Source: Antechinus flavipes
Taxonomy: Eukaryota
DNA: 64,000 nt
Direction: 5' to 3'
NCBI RefSeq assembly: GCF_016432865.1
Contig: NC_067398.1
Coordinates: 16,988,001-17,052,000 of the forward strand
The position numbers and the translations under genes were made by a program. Below, one piece after another: positions 1 to 12,120 of this stretch. Under the pieces are notes generated by a model. It searched no databases. It was not told the DNA's origin and saw nothing but the letters and a program-made list of their open reading frames with translations. Positions within the stretch are counted from its first letter, which is position 1. Every line of letters starts with the position of its first letter.

Positions 1-585
1 TAGCTCAGCCAGAGTTTGGTGTGGAGAGGCTATTTAGCAAGAGTTAATAGTTAAATAGTCCCAGGGCGAGGTCTCGGACTGGGCTGGTGGCCCTGCAAGT
101 GGAGATTCATGGGAAGGACTGGTGTAGACACCGGGTAGGAGGTTTGGAAAGCAGGAGGCACAGGGAAGAAGATGCTGGTCCGGCTGGGGGGAGCGGTGGG
201 CTGGGAGCTGGGAAGCCCATGAGCAGCGGCTTGGGACACGGCCCTGGGGGCTTCAGGACTGCAGGGCTGGGAGTGTTTCCCTGAAGAGATGTTCCTGTTG
301 GCTCTTGTCACTGAAGCTTTGGAGCTGTCTTTTTCCTATTCCCTCATCCTCTCTTGGAAGCTCTCTGGGGAGGGGGATTCTGAGAGCTCAGAGGCCGGTA
401 GTAGATTGTAAAATTCCTTGGCCACAAAGGCCTGCTGCCAGGAGTCGCAGTGAAGACTCCTCCAAGAAAGGCTGGGCTCTCCCCTGCCACGATTGTCCCG
501 GACAGTGTAGAAGCCCGAGGAGCAGCCCGGCTGCACGCCCATTCTAAGCGGGGTCCGCCCACTGTTTTTTCTTTGCCTGTTGTAG

Positions 586-720
586 TATGAAAGGACACAG
601 TCTCAACTCTCCGAGCTGGAGGTGAAGTTTGAAAGGACCGAGCAGGAAAAACAATCCATCACCAATGAGCTCAGACAATGTCAAGACAGCCTGAAGCAGC
701 TACAAGAAAAAGGAAACAAT
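586..720 (+). CDS. SLMAP: SLMAP (sarcolemma-associated protein) last coiled-coil exon, phase 0/0
   Basis: Acceptor ttttttctttgcctgttgtag|TAT at 585/586 and donor AAT|gtaagt at 720/721. The 135 nt translate to YERTQSQLSELEVKFERTEQEKQSITNELRQCQDSLKQLQEKGNN, which I recognise as the SLMAP segment ending EKGNN before the tail anchor. Confidence 0.95.
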
Positions 721-2619
721 GTAAGTCTTTACAAACTCGGGGAAGGTTTGGATGAGGGACACAGACGGTAGGGCTTCAGTTGGTGTCTCCGAGTGTTACC
801 CACTGGTGTCTTGGTGGACACTCAGCTCACCGTGCCCAAAGGAGTCATTGAAACACTGGTGGGCAGCAACAGGATACCAATATGAGTAAGTACTGGGGCT
901 TTGGTGAGGGAAACCCCAGTTTGGGGGAAGAGGAAGCATCTCCTGATGAGCAGCCTCTCTTCTGAGGTGGGGTCTGAAGTTCACACCCTCCACAGTTGCC
1001 TTGTCTTCCACGTAATCTCTAGGATATCCCCTCCCCCCAATGACTGACGTGGTCACCAGAAGACTTTTGAGCCTTATTTTTATATCCAAATCATATTAAA
1101 GCCCAGGTTTGGTTTTTCTCCAGCCATATCTAATGGCATAATTCTCTTTAGTTTTTATATATATATAGTTAGGAAGATGGAAGGTCACTCCAGTCTTTTC
1201 TTTTTTTTGGAAATATTGTATAATGAAGAATGTTATGATCTAAACAATAACAAGAGTTTGTATTTGCTCTTTAAAAGAAACCTTAGATCCCTTTGATGTT
1301 GTTTTGTGTATTTGGTCCTTGCCGACCTCGTGAGCTTTGACTGGTGGGTGTTCTTTCAGTGTGACTGACTTTGCGAGTGTTAGTAGCTTTGACTCTTCTA
1401 AGTCTCCTGTCACTGCTTTGGGTACTGCAGTGGTCGTGACCGGCACGTTTCTGTGGGCGCTGGCATGAGGCTTGATTGGCAGCACCACCTGTAAGAGAGC
1501 AGCACCGCGCACGTCGCCGTGCATTTCACTGGTCACACACAGTTTGTCCTTCTCCGGGATACTCTCTGTTGACATATGATCTGGACTTGCTTCACAAGTT
1601 GAGGTCTTTTCAATTGGGGATAAGCCCTGGATGGAGTTTTTACAACCAAGTGACAATAATTTATTTCTATTTTAATAGCTATAGGAGGACTCTATAATAA
1701 ATTTAGATTTTAAAGTTACTTCTTTCTTTAGTTTTGATTATACTTTCCTGATTTTGGAAATTCAGTTCTCTTTCTTTAAAAAATTACTCTAAAAAGGCAT
1801 CTAGCATAATCAGAATTGTAGCCCCTGTGTCATCAGAATCGTTTCAAAAATAACTTCTCTCTTCAGTGATGTTTAAAAAGAAAAACTCTAAAATGTTTTT
1901 TGTTCGAGACAAACTTGCCATTTCATGATATAAAACCTCCAGCACGTTTTGTTAATTCACAGACACATATGTGTCCACACAGACATACCCCCCGATTGAA
2001 ATTTGTTTCAGCAATATTACAATAACTTATTAAGAGAAATAATGGACTGGAATATTTTTTGCCAGTTTAATATGAGCCCTCTGATAACACGTAACTTAGA
2101 CCTGTACAGCTTCTTTCTTGCCTTTTTTGAAAGGGAGGTTACTTCACAAATACTTTGGTGCCTCTAACTCAAGTTCAAGAAGCAGCCTCACTACTGGAGA
2201 ATGTAGAAATGACTCCACTTGGTACGTGAGGAAAGGATTGGTCTGAGACCTCTGCCAGGAGTCAGGAAATAACCAGATGGATCTAAATCATTAGTGATCT
2301 CCAGTGGTTACGTTATCCAAAGTGGTTTGGGGCATATAGCTCCTACCTAGAGCAGTGCACTAACAAATGGTTTGGGCAGTTAATGTAAAATGGAACCAGG
2401 CATTTTTACGTAGAAAATTCCATTTCCGTGACTTGTTTTTTGAAAGGAATAACGTGCTAAGTTGGTATGCAACAGTCCAACTTTCTGTATTATGTTAGAT
2501 GTCTTTGATACTTCTGATTCATGCCAGACTTAATGCTATAACTTAGCTTTCCCCCATCTCAATCATCTGATCTGATTTTTAGAACACAAAATGATTTTTA
2601 ATTCCCTTCCCTTCTTTAG

Positions 2620-2703
2620 CCGTCCATATTCCAACCCGTCCCAGCCGTTTTCATCGGCCTATTCCTGGCTTTCCTGTTTTGGTGTTACGGTCCATTGTGG
2701 TAG
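2620..2703 (+). CDS. SLMAP: SLMAP alternative (cassette) tail-anchor exon with in-frame stop; exon runs to 2709
   Basis: Acceptor ttcccttcccttctttag|CCG at 2619/2620. Translates PSIFQPVPAVFIGLFLAFLFWCYGPLW* (TAG 2701-2703), matching the known SLMAP PSILQPVPAVFIGLFLAFLFWCFGPLW tail. Probable donor AAG|gtacaa at 2709/2710. Confidence 0.93.
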   Translation, partial: PSIFQPVPAVFIGLFLAFLFWCYGPLW

Positions 2704-2778
2704 AGAAAGGTACAAGCTCCCTGTTGAGTCGATGTCTGTCCGTCCCTGTCACCTCTCTGTGCCATATTTGTAAACTAG

Positions 2779-2917
2779 TGCATGGGGGAACAACACAGAT
2801 GTTTTGTTTCCTGAAGCAAACCCTTCATTTGTGCTTCCTCCCACCCAAGCTCAACAATCAACTAATCATGTAACGTTCTGTCTGTTTCCTTTGTGGTGAT
2901 ACTAACCGTGAATTAAT
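2779..2917 (+). promoter_or_regulatory. Intronic splicing-regulatory cluster: one RBFOX site and two bipartite QKI elements
   Basis: TGCATG at 2779-2784; AACTAAT 2860-2866 with TAAC 2871-2874; TACTAAC 2900-2906 with TAAT 2914-2917. All lie 70-210 nt downstream of the cassette exon donor. Confidence 0.65.
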
Positions 2918-4141
2918 TCCAAACATATCAGTTGTTCAATGTTCAGCTTTCAGCTGGGTCTTTGTCTCTCGCAAAAGCAGAGTAAACTTTACGTCTCTAA
3001 TGCTGCAGTGTCGGTCAGTACTTTCCAAAAGAAAATGAAAAGTTAACTCAGGTTTGAACAAGAAATGAAGAGTTTGCCTCTCCATTATAAGCCAGCTTAT
3101 TTTTCCTCCCCAACTCATTCCCTTAATACTGTGGCAGTTATTTAATACTTTTTCTCTTTTCACTGTGGCTGTGAAGAAGATGAAAAAGGATGAAATTGGA
3201 ATAATGGACTCATCTTAAGCCCTGCTCTTCTCTTCCGACACACCCTTGGCCATAGCTTTTAGATCTCTGACTTGTTATAGAAGAAACATTAGTTTCAAAA
3301 CAGTGGATTTGGGTTTTTGGTTTGTTTTTGATGGGATTAGAGGTGGAAGATGGTCAGTACCCACTGAAAACAATTGAAAGGAAAGCTGACCACAAAATTA
3401 GATTGGTCAGTAAAAGGAAAGACTTAAAGTTGACTTCAGGGTTGGTTTGCATAGCCCTTTGATGCTACTAATTGGTGACCACATTCGTTTATCATGAAAC
3501 CAATATGCAAACTGCTAAATTGAAGCCTACCTGAAGAATATCAAATACATATTTAACACAGACTTCAAACTATCTATTTTTAAGTCTCGTGTGGTCTTCA
3601 GGTCACGCTATCCTTGGCCCATTCACCTTTTGTGTAACTTATCTCATGCTGGATCTTTAATTGAGAAACCTAAAATTTAGTCTAAATGTATTACGGTAAA
3701 ACTACTCTATACAGTTCATTATTTTAGACTGATGGAAAAACCTTGGTAATAGCACAAAGAAAAGGAGCTTGAATTCTGAGAAGTTTAACGGGGAAGTCTC
3801 TCTTCTAGGTGCCAAATGTGTAGCCAGGTTGAGAACGACTAAGGGCATTTCCTGGTGACGTGTTTTCCTTCTGCACAGTTGGCCACTGGAGTTGGACCTG
3901 CTGGTCACATTGCCTTTTTTGTTGTTGGGTTTTTTTTTTTTTTTTTCTTTCTTTCTTTTTTTTTTTAAATGAGTCTTCCTGGTTTAAGAAGACAAGATTT
4001 TCAGATAGTGAGAAGCAGAGTTAAAGTTCACTGGGCTTTGTCATGAGTTCTCAAGACTCTTTGAATGGAGGGCTTAGGTCACTAGGTGGTATGAAAGGCT
4101 GAGGGAAATGTGATATTGACTCTTGGTTTCTTTCTACACAG

Positions 4142-4234
4142 AGACACTGGCCTTGGATGCCCATGTTGGCAGCTCTGGTAGCTGTGACAGCCGTAGTGTT
4201 GTATGTACCAGGCCTAACCAGAGCTTCGCCATGA
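4142..4234 (+). CDS. SLMAP: SLMAP terminal exon coding part, second tail anchor
   Basis: Acceptor tttctttctacacag|AGA at 4141/4142. Translates RHWPWMPMLAALVAVTAVVLYVPGLTRASP* (TGA 4232-4234), matching the SLMAP KPWPWMPMLAALVAVTAIVLYVPGLARASP tail. Confidence 0.95.
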   Translation, partial: RHWPWMPMLAALVAVTAVVLYVPGLTRASP

Positions 4235-5273
4235 GAACTTTGGTTGGTTCCGTACCCTGCCCTCCTCTTAGAAGCTGGCGGGGAGAACAGATCCATTTTC
4301 TTCCTTTTTACCTCTTAATACAACAAAAGTGCAAGAAAAGGACAGTCGGGTCATTGCTTTAAATTGTATAAAATGTATCTGTCTATAAAGAGGGAATAAA
4401 ATTGTGACTTTATTCTACTGTAAGCAATAATTTGCTTGCAATTTTTCATGTAATTTTTTTAATTAGTATGTTGAGATTCTAAATATTATGGTGGCCTAAA
4501 GTAGGCTTCTTGGTACCAAATTATTTATAACATTTAGGTCTATGGCTATTTTACTCTAGATGCTGATTGCCAGATAATTCATTTTCTGATTGGACACCCA
4601 AACCAGACAACTGATAAATACATGGGAAAAGAGGCACTGTGTGCTCAGTGCCGATCATTTTGAAATAAATATATGCACATATATTTTTTTTACATATTGA
4701 CACCATTTTTACTTGCTATAAACCACTGAGCTATTGGGAACAAGACTTAGAGACAACTTCTACTTCCATAGATTTTTCAAGGAAAAGACACATTTGGAAA
4801 AGGTTCTTCTGTTTTAGCAGTGACTTGAGAAATATACATGCTTTTGTGCAGCCTTAAAGTGACTTGAAGATGTGGATGGCATCAACCTGGAAAAACTTTG
4901 TAATGGTGTGTGTATTTTCTTGAGTGAACTGAAGTATTTCTGGGAGCAAAAAGTTAACCATTTCACAACTACAGCAACAAGTAAACCAAACTATTCAATT
5001 GGAATGTAATTTATTCAACTTTATGCATTCAAAGTAAAGAGATCTTTACTTTTCATCTACAACATTTTAGGAAGCATGGTTTTTTTTTTTTTTCCTCCTC
5101 ACTTATTCTTCCAAACATTGCTTTAAAAAAAGAAAAATGTGTCTTCTTTAGATAAACTTTTATTGACTTAACTTTGTTATGAGAGTTTGGAGTGCATCTA
5201 TAGCTAATCGATCTACTGGACGAGGTGAATTTCTATAAACCCAGGGAATCTTAAGGTTAGGGATGCAAATGGC

Positions 5274-5318
5274 TTTTTTTTTTTTTTTTTTTTTTTTTTT
5301 TGTCTTTTTTTTTTTTTT
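5274..5318 (+). repeat. Poly(T) tract T28-GTC-T14 in the 3'UTR
   Basis: Read directly. Confidence 0.9.
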
Positions 5319-5411
5319 AAACTGAGTAGTTTTGTTCATGAGAAGCACTACTTCAGTTGGGATCTTATCAGTTAAACGCCCAAGCTACGAAGTGAGCTCG
5401 ACGGTTATGTC

Positions 5412-5417
5412 AATAAA
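5412..5417 (+). terminator. Candidate distal polyadenylation signal (other AATAAA at 4395-4400 and 4664-4669)
   Basis: Canonical AATAAA hexamers read directly within the 3'UTR; which is used is unknown. Confidence 0.5.
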
Positions 5418-5769
5418 GTTTACTGAAGTCTCTCTATTATACTGAAGTATTAACGGAGTGAAGGTTTTTTAGAAAATGGAAATGAGAAAAATCTCACAGA
5501 ATTTGGCTTGGATTCTCCATGGCAATCTACAGGTCTCGCCAAATACTTAAATAGGAGTTTAGCATATAATTTGCCTTGTGAGGTTTTGGGGGTCATTGTT
5601 TATATGTTAAAGGTTATATTTTAAGCTATTGGGGATTTGCTGTTGGGAGAACCATTAGATTTATGGAAGAATTAGTCCGCTGATGACTTGTAGGAAATAT
5701 CACCTTGTTCATTTCACCATTTTTCTGTTGCAGGAAGCTATTCCCCCACAGAATGCTCATATGCCAGTG

Positions 5770-5981
5770 NNNNNNNNNNNNNNNNNNNNNNNNNNNNNNN
5801 NNNNNNNNNNNNNNNNNNNNNNNNNNNNNNNNNNNNNNNNNNNNNNNNNNNNNNNNNNNNNNNNNNNNNNNNNNNNNNNNNNNNNNNNNNNNNNNNNNNN
5901 NNNNNNNNNNNNNNNNNNNNNNNNNNNNNNNNNNNNNNNNNNNNNNNNNNNNNNNNNNNNNNNNNNNNNNNNNNNNNNNNN
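5770..5981. other. Assembly gap (further gaps at 19892-20432, 38881-39036, 56319-56459, 56467-56715, 56761-56970)
   Basis: Runs of n. Confidence 1.
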
Positions 5982-6788
5982 TTGAGTTGGATCTCATTTG
6001 AAATCTTTAGGGTTGATGATACTACGGGGTTCATAATACACCTGTCCTCAAGTGGCAGTATGACGGTCAGCCACGTATGCTATGTTGGGTATCCTTAGAA
6101 ATTCCTAGAGATCTGTAAGCCTTGTTTAACTAGACTATCCTAAGTCTTCTACTCCCAACATATGTCTCCTTTTCATAACTGACAGTGTTGTGAACCAATC
6201 AAAAGATCTAGTCCGTAAACATAAGAAATGGTATCGTTATTCATGGTACAGGGTTTCTTTTGGGTAAGTTTTTTGTAAGCAACATTTCCATCTTCTTGTT
6301 ATCAATCAGTTTTCGATGTGGATACTTTTTATCGTAATACATGCAACAAATACTGAGATATTTGTAACTAGGCAAGATAACGACAACCATCTCTACCATC
6401 AGAAGTGAAAAGGTTTTAGGAATAACAACTATATACATATATATGTCCTGAACTTTTTGAATACCAATTCAAAACTCTTGTGGCAACTTCTTTATTAGAT
6501 TTGCAGGAGCTCAAGTCATCCTTTTTTTTTTTCTTTTCTAATTAAGGGGAAAATATTTTGAATGTCAGAAATGAGTTAACTGAACTTTTGGGTTGAAAGC
6601 TGGTTGTATGAATTTAAAGGCCTGCCATACTTACATATAAAAAAATCCTCTAAAGTAGGTTAGCTAATTTTTTTCCCAAGCAAACACCATAAATTAGTGG
6701 TATTCCTGCAAAGACAATATCTTTACTTAAGCAATGCTTTTGTTGCCAAAAGCAGATTTTTATTGCTTCTCTTAGAATTGTTAAGGAC

Positions 6789-6935
6789 GGGGCAACTAGG
6801 TGGTGCAGTGGATAGAGCACCAGCCCTGAACTCAGGAGGACTTGAGTTCAAATGTGGCCTCAGACACTTTCCTAGCTGTGTGACCCTGGGCAAGTCACTT
6901 AACCCCAATTGCCTTGCTCAGGGGGGAAAAAAAAA
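6789..6935 (+). mobile_element. WSINE1-type tRNA-derived CORE-SINE with TSD
   Basis: GGGGCAACTAGGTGGTGCAGTGGATAGAGCACC...GAGTTCAAAT...CTGTGTGACCCTGGGCAAGTCACTTAACCCCAATTGCC plus A tail. 15-bp TSD agaattgttaaggac (6774-6788) / agaatggttaaggac (6936-6950), one mismatch. Confidence 0.9.
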
Positions 6936-9900
6936 AGAATGGTTAAGGACTTATACATAGGTATGTGCACGCATTATACATACGTACATACATACATATA
7001 TATGTGCATACTCTTCGTCATTAACTAATTGGATTTATTCAACTTTATGGATTCAAAGTAAAAGTTGGGTTTTGTTTTAGACAAAGATGTTACTTCCAAG
7101 TTTGATCACTTATTTATTTACTAAACCTAAATCCAGATGCCTTTTTGTTTCCAAAGATCAAAGGATGAAAATTTGTCCCCATTGAAGACAAGCCAAAGAG
7201 CATGCTTCTGGCTCAGAGGGCAGTCCACAATCCAAGCATGTGTTTACCCAGCAGGTGTCTAAGCGAGTCAGGTGCTTAATGGGACCCTCACTTCCATGCA
7301 TGAACTCTGAGACTGTAAATCCCCATTACTTGTAATGATCCATGGAATCATCCAAGTGGGAGGAACCTTAAAGACCATCTTGTCCAATTCCCTTATGTGC
7401 AGATGAGTGAACTAAGGTGACCCAAGTAAAATGACCTTATCCAGATCACAGGCCCACCTGGGCCACTGCCTGAAAGCACACAGACACAGACACGTGCACC
7501 TGCTGTGGGCAGGGGCCTCTGCTTGGACGGGCCTGCGTCAGGGAGCTTGCCTTGTAGGTGAGGGAGAAATTCCATGTGGAAGAACTTAGGATAAGACACT
7601 TGAAGGGGAAATCGAGGTCGCTAGGGGTGAGACTCTTAGCCAACGTCCCAATCTAGCATTTTCCCTCTGTCTGGATACTGGTCCTAACCCCGGTGGCTAG
7701 CGAGGACTGCATTGTCCTGGAAATGTCTTTCTGAAAGTAACCGTGCTCCTCAGTTGGCCAGTGCCACCATCAAGGATTTTGTGCAGCTTTTGGCAAGAGC
7801 CTTTGTAATTGGAGTACGGAGCCAACACCTCTTTCAGTGAAGGCAGGGCCGAGAGACCATTCGGAGTCAATATGACCTACCTGCTTAAGGCATCTTCCTG
7901 TGGCTCACAGACTATTTTTATTCCTCTGGTGACATCGTCTAGAAATGTCCTTCAGCATGTCTCCCACAGGGAATTTTAAAAGTCTCTGTCAGTGTTTTGA
8001 CCTTTAAATTTAGTCATGTCAAGAAGTCAGATTACCTTTATAAGAACATATTTGTAATATGTTAATGTGGTTGTCCGTTTATTTTTTTTGTTTTAGTAAT
8101 TTGATTTGTTCTAAATACAGGCATTTAAATGCCATGTAGGACATGATTTTGTGTGAGGGCCAGTATTAGCAACAACAATATCAATAATTACTATTGTAGT
8201 GCAGAATCCTTTACAAATATTTTCACATCAACTTCGGCAGATAAGTAGTTATTATTCCTATATTCTGGATAAGGATACTGAGGCAGGCCTTGGGGAAGTG
8301 ATTTGTCCCAGGTCACTTGATTAATGTTTGAGGCTGAATTTGAACCTAGCGATTTCCAACTCCCAATTCCAGCTCCGTATGTCCCCTGTGCTATCTACCT
8401 GCTTCCTTCTCAGGGTTGAGGTTTTACCTTGAAGCTGGGAGCTTTCCTCCTTCAATCATATTTGTCACTGTTTCTTAGGTGGTCAAGGTTTTGCTTCTCT
8501 ACCTCTCCCCGCTTCAGCTCCCTTTGGAATAAATAAGTAGATAATTGTCATGTCCTCCAGATAGTGGGCATCTGAGGCAAAATTTGAAGCCGGTGGGCTG
8601 ACTTCAGTCCCAGCACACCATCCCTTGTGCCAGCTGAGTCACAGCCCAGCCTGTCACAGTGACCAGTTTGTTTAGCACAGTTACATTAATGGCTTTCAGA
8701 TCATTCCGACTTCCTTGATCTGTGGTCCTCCAAGTTAGATTCTCCAGCACTTGGTGAACAGAAGTCCCAAAGGGCTGCTGATTTTCTAGGGGCTCTTGAA
8801 ACAGCTCTGAAAAGAAATTATCTCCATGCTTTAAGGTAATGAAAATCCCTCAAAACCCATACTTGACACAAAATCAGCAGATGGAATGAGGCAGATAATT
8901 CGGAGCCGAGAGTGCTGTAGGAAACCATGAAAAACAAGTAATTAATTGATCATTTCTTAGGGGATAGTTTAGGCAAAAAAAAAAAGTGAAATCCATTTTT
9001 GCCCCAGGACTTCTTATGATAATTGTCTCTTGGTCACAAACCATCCCATTGTCATCTGAGCTGTATGTCTTTGCTCCATGAATTTGTATCCACAGGCTGT
9101 GAGCCTGTGTTGACTGAAAGAGGAAATGTTGTCAAGGTAAGCATCGTTGATGGTAAAAGTTTTATAGACTCTTTTTCCTAGAGTCCTTAGATCTTAAGTT
9201 ATTTTAAGATTTTTTTTGTCCAAAATGTTGCATTTTCTTTCACTGAAGTTTTCTAAAGATCAGTGCCTCCTTTCCCATGTCATCTTGTGATTATGGGCAA
9301 ATAAATCACCTAATATTTCAGAACCCATGCAGCTCTTAGTTACAAATGAGATAATAGTCAGTGGAGGAAGTTTGTAATTTTCTCCTTCAGAAGTTCCTTC
9401 ACCAAGGAAATCACAAAAAATCTGGATCAGATTATGTTTCATTTTCTTTTACATCAATCCAAAATCCACCTCTCTCTAACTTTAACCTCCTCGGTTATCT
9501 CCCTAGAGCCAAGCATTATAAGTGTACCTCATCTTCTGTAGGATAACTCTTCAAATTAGGGGAGCATTTTGCCTCAAATCTGTTTAAGAGAATGTCTCCA
9601 GATTTGACACCCCTGCTTGCTTCAACCATTGCCAGGGGGGTAACTATTCTTGATCCCCCTCTCTCACTTGCTTTCTCTTTGTCGTTGTTCATCCTTAAAT
9701 ATTCCCAGAAATTCACCAGGTGTGGTCCCTCCAGAGCAGACAATTGCAGGACTGTCATTTGCCTTCTTTCGGGGACTGTACTTGGAGCAGCCTAAAGTCA
9801 CCTGGGCCTTTTGGGGTACCCCATGGCATTGTTGATGTCTGTTAAACCTACAGTCCCCCAAGGCTCTGAAGGTCCCTTTTCACATGAAATAATACCTAAC

Positions 9901-10254
9901 TAGTCTCCCATCCTGTATTTGCAGTTCTTATATTTGTGTATTTTTTTAGATAACCAAGTGGGAGACTTTATATTGATAAAATCTAATTTGCTACATACAG
10001 GCTTTTGTTTTGGATCTCCATCCTCACTAAGGAGCTTCATGAAGTCACTATTGTGTCTAAACTGGGTATCCTGCAGCCCCCTTACTCCAGCACTAAACAC
10101 AGTGCTCTGGGGGTGGGGACGGGGACGCTGGTGTCACAGCCTGTGAGTAATTCCTGGTGGCGCCAGCAATTCTTCTGTAACACAGTCTTAGGCCCGTGGC
10201 CTGTGGCCACATATCTTGTGCCATGAAAGGAACAGTCCTTAAGATGAGGAGGTT

Positions 10255-10480
10255 TGACTCGACTGATGCTGTCAACTAGAAGTGGAGGCAGCTAATCCCA
10301 TGCATAGGGATCCCTACAGATTACATTTTTACTTAGAAAATCACATGTTAATATTACCTGTATTTTATTGTATTTTATCTCCTTTGTTAATTATTTCCCA
10401 ATTACATTTTAGTTTGGTTTGGGCCATACACAGGAGAGCTGTGGCCTTAATGTGGCCACTTGGGGGCTGACTACTAGTCT
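10255..10480. mobile_element. Degraded marsupial hAT-type MITE
   Basis: Internal sequence (gggatccc...acttagaaaatcacatgttaatatt...ttatttcccaattacattttagtttggtttgggcca) resembles a common marsupial non-autonomous DNA transposon; the ends are eroded. Confidence 0.45.
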
Positions 10481-10589
10481 GTTCCAGCTCTTAATCTCTG
10501 ATCCCTTATATCAGTGAAAGATCTTGAACCCAGATTTTCCTGGAGAAGACAAGACTTAGCCACTTATCTACCATGTCAGTCTGTCATTG

Positions 10590-12120
10590 CGCAAGCAATT
10601 AAGTATTTAGTGCATACCATATACTGCTAAGCATAAGCAGGAGGGATACGAAGTCAAAAAACAACCCCATCACACAGTCGGATGGGGGAGACAAGAAAAC
10701 CAGGAGCTCACAAAGGGAAGATAAGGTTGCTTATACAAGATACCAATTATCAGGGACTTGAAGGAAGATAGGAGGGAAGGAAAAGAGAAAGAGTTCCAAG
10801 CATGCCAGACAGCCAATGAAAATTCCTGGAGTCAGTTTTGTTTTCTACGGATAATGGCAACTACTAAGTTTAAGCATTCAACCAAGGGCAATGAAAAAGG
10901 AGCCAAGAAGAAAGCGACTGGTTCCATGTGAAGGCACCAGACACAGAAACTAAAGGAATGAAAATTGCATCTAATGGTCTCCAGGGCAATATTCTTGAAA
11001 ACCAGCTTACAGTCTGCTCAGTGATTACTTTTCTTTGATTTAAGCTGATTTGCTGAAGATGAACTCTTCCATAGACAAGATGTGCTCCACGGCCCGAAAA
11101 TGGCAGCCCATAATTGAATCCCACGTTGAGGTCAAAACTACTAATGGCTACTTGTCCCACCTTGTGTTGGTTTTCCCAAGAAGTGCAACCACCGTTCTTT
11201 AATACCTTTTATGTCCTTCATACCATCGGATTTGTAGCAGCAACAATACCAACAACAAAAATGATGGAAATCGTGACCTGGAAAGTACAGACAAATGACT
11301 CAGAACAGAACTGACTCCAGTCAGCAGTGGAAACACATAGAAAAGGCTTAACTATCCACTTACCCTCTTCTTGGTATTTTTGTTTGAAAAGTTAAGATGG
11401 CTCAACATCGTATTTCATGATGCTGGTGGTGACGCTGGAAAACATTCCGAAGGTGAGACAGACAGAAACATAAAAGACTCGGAAGGTGAAGAGAGGTCAG
11501 GTTATTAAGGGCCTTCAGAGCCAGAGGGTTTTTATATTTAATCCTGGAAGGAATAAGGAGCCACTTGAATTCATTGAATACAGGTCAGACCTGCACTTGG
11601 AGATCCATCTGACAAGTGATTGGAGGTGAACTGGAGCTGGGAGAAATCAGAAGCAGAGAAACTGACCTGGAAGCTATTGTACTAGGCAGTATTGTGATAT
11701 TACCTATAATAGGATCTGTACTACAGAAATGGCAATCTCAGGAAAGACTAGGGTGGGGGCCAGACTATATGACAGAAATTAGGGAGACAGAAAAGTCCAT
11801 TGGGTTTGCTGGTTAAAAGGGGAGCATTAGAAAGAACAGTTTGAGTTGAATAATGAGAGAAAAGCCAGACTGCAGAGAGCGAGGAAAGGAAGGGGGAACA
11901 CTGACTTAACTTGCCTTCTCAAGGAGCGTAGCTACAAAAATGGTAGCTATTGGGGATGTCCTGATAAAGTGAGTTTTTCAAAAATGGAGACACGGGCATG
12001 TTTGTAGGCAGTCAGGAAGCAGTCAATAGGCGGGTGAGATTGGAAGTGATAGAGGGGATGCTCTTTTGGCGAAGATGGGATGGAATGGGAGCATTGTGCA
12101 AAGAGAGAAGTTTGCCTTGG
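10590..12120 (-). mobile_element. L2 LINE remnants (fragmented)
   Basis: L2 3'-end-like attaagtatttagtgcataccatatactgctaag near 10600, followed by typical purine-rich antisense L2 ORF2 relics (e.g. 11500-11700). Confidence 0.55.

Larger units (their letters stand above)
4235..5440 (+). other. SLMAP: SLMAP 3'UTR (3' end approximate)
   Basis: Follows the terminal stop; AT-rich and free of recognisable interspersed repeats; contains several AATAAA hexamers and a long U tract. The true end cannot be fixed from DNA alone. Confidence 0.7.

Noticed and set aside
796-1656. Minus-strand ORFs of 97 aa (796-1089) and 138 aa (1240-1656) with protein-like composition
   Set aside because: Antisense within a SLMAP intron, no recognisable domain, no splice or poly(A) context. 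A BLASTP/PhyloCSF check would settle it, but I have no positive evidence.
2696-4140. Complementarity between the cassette exon end (2696-2709, around the UAG) and the terminal acceptor tract (4127-4140) as a possible editing duplex
   Set aside because: Only about 12 pairs with a bulge, a mismatch and two G-U pairs. This is expected by chance between a purine-rich exon end and a polypyrimidine tract, and is short for ADAR.
5626-6034. ORFs spanning N runs (also at 19.8-20.5, 38.8-39.3 and 56.3-57.1 kb)
   Set aside because: Artefacts of translating gaps as X.
6789-6870. tRNA-like A/B boxes in SINE heads
   Set aside because: They continue into CORE-SINE bodies with tails and TSDs; they are not tRNA genes.
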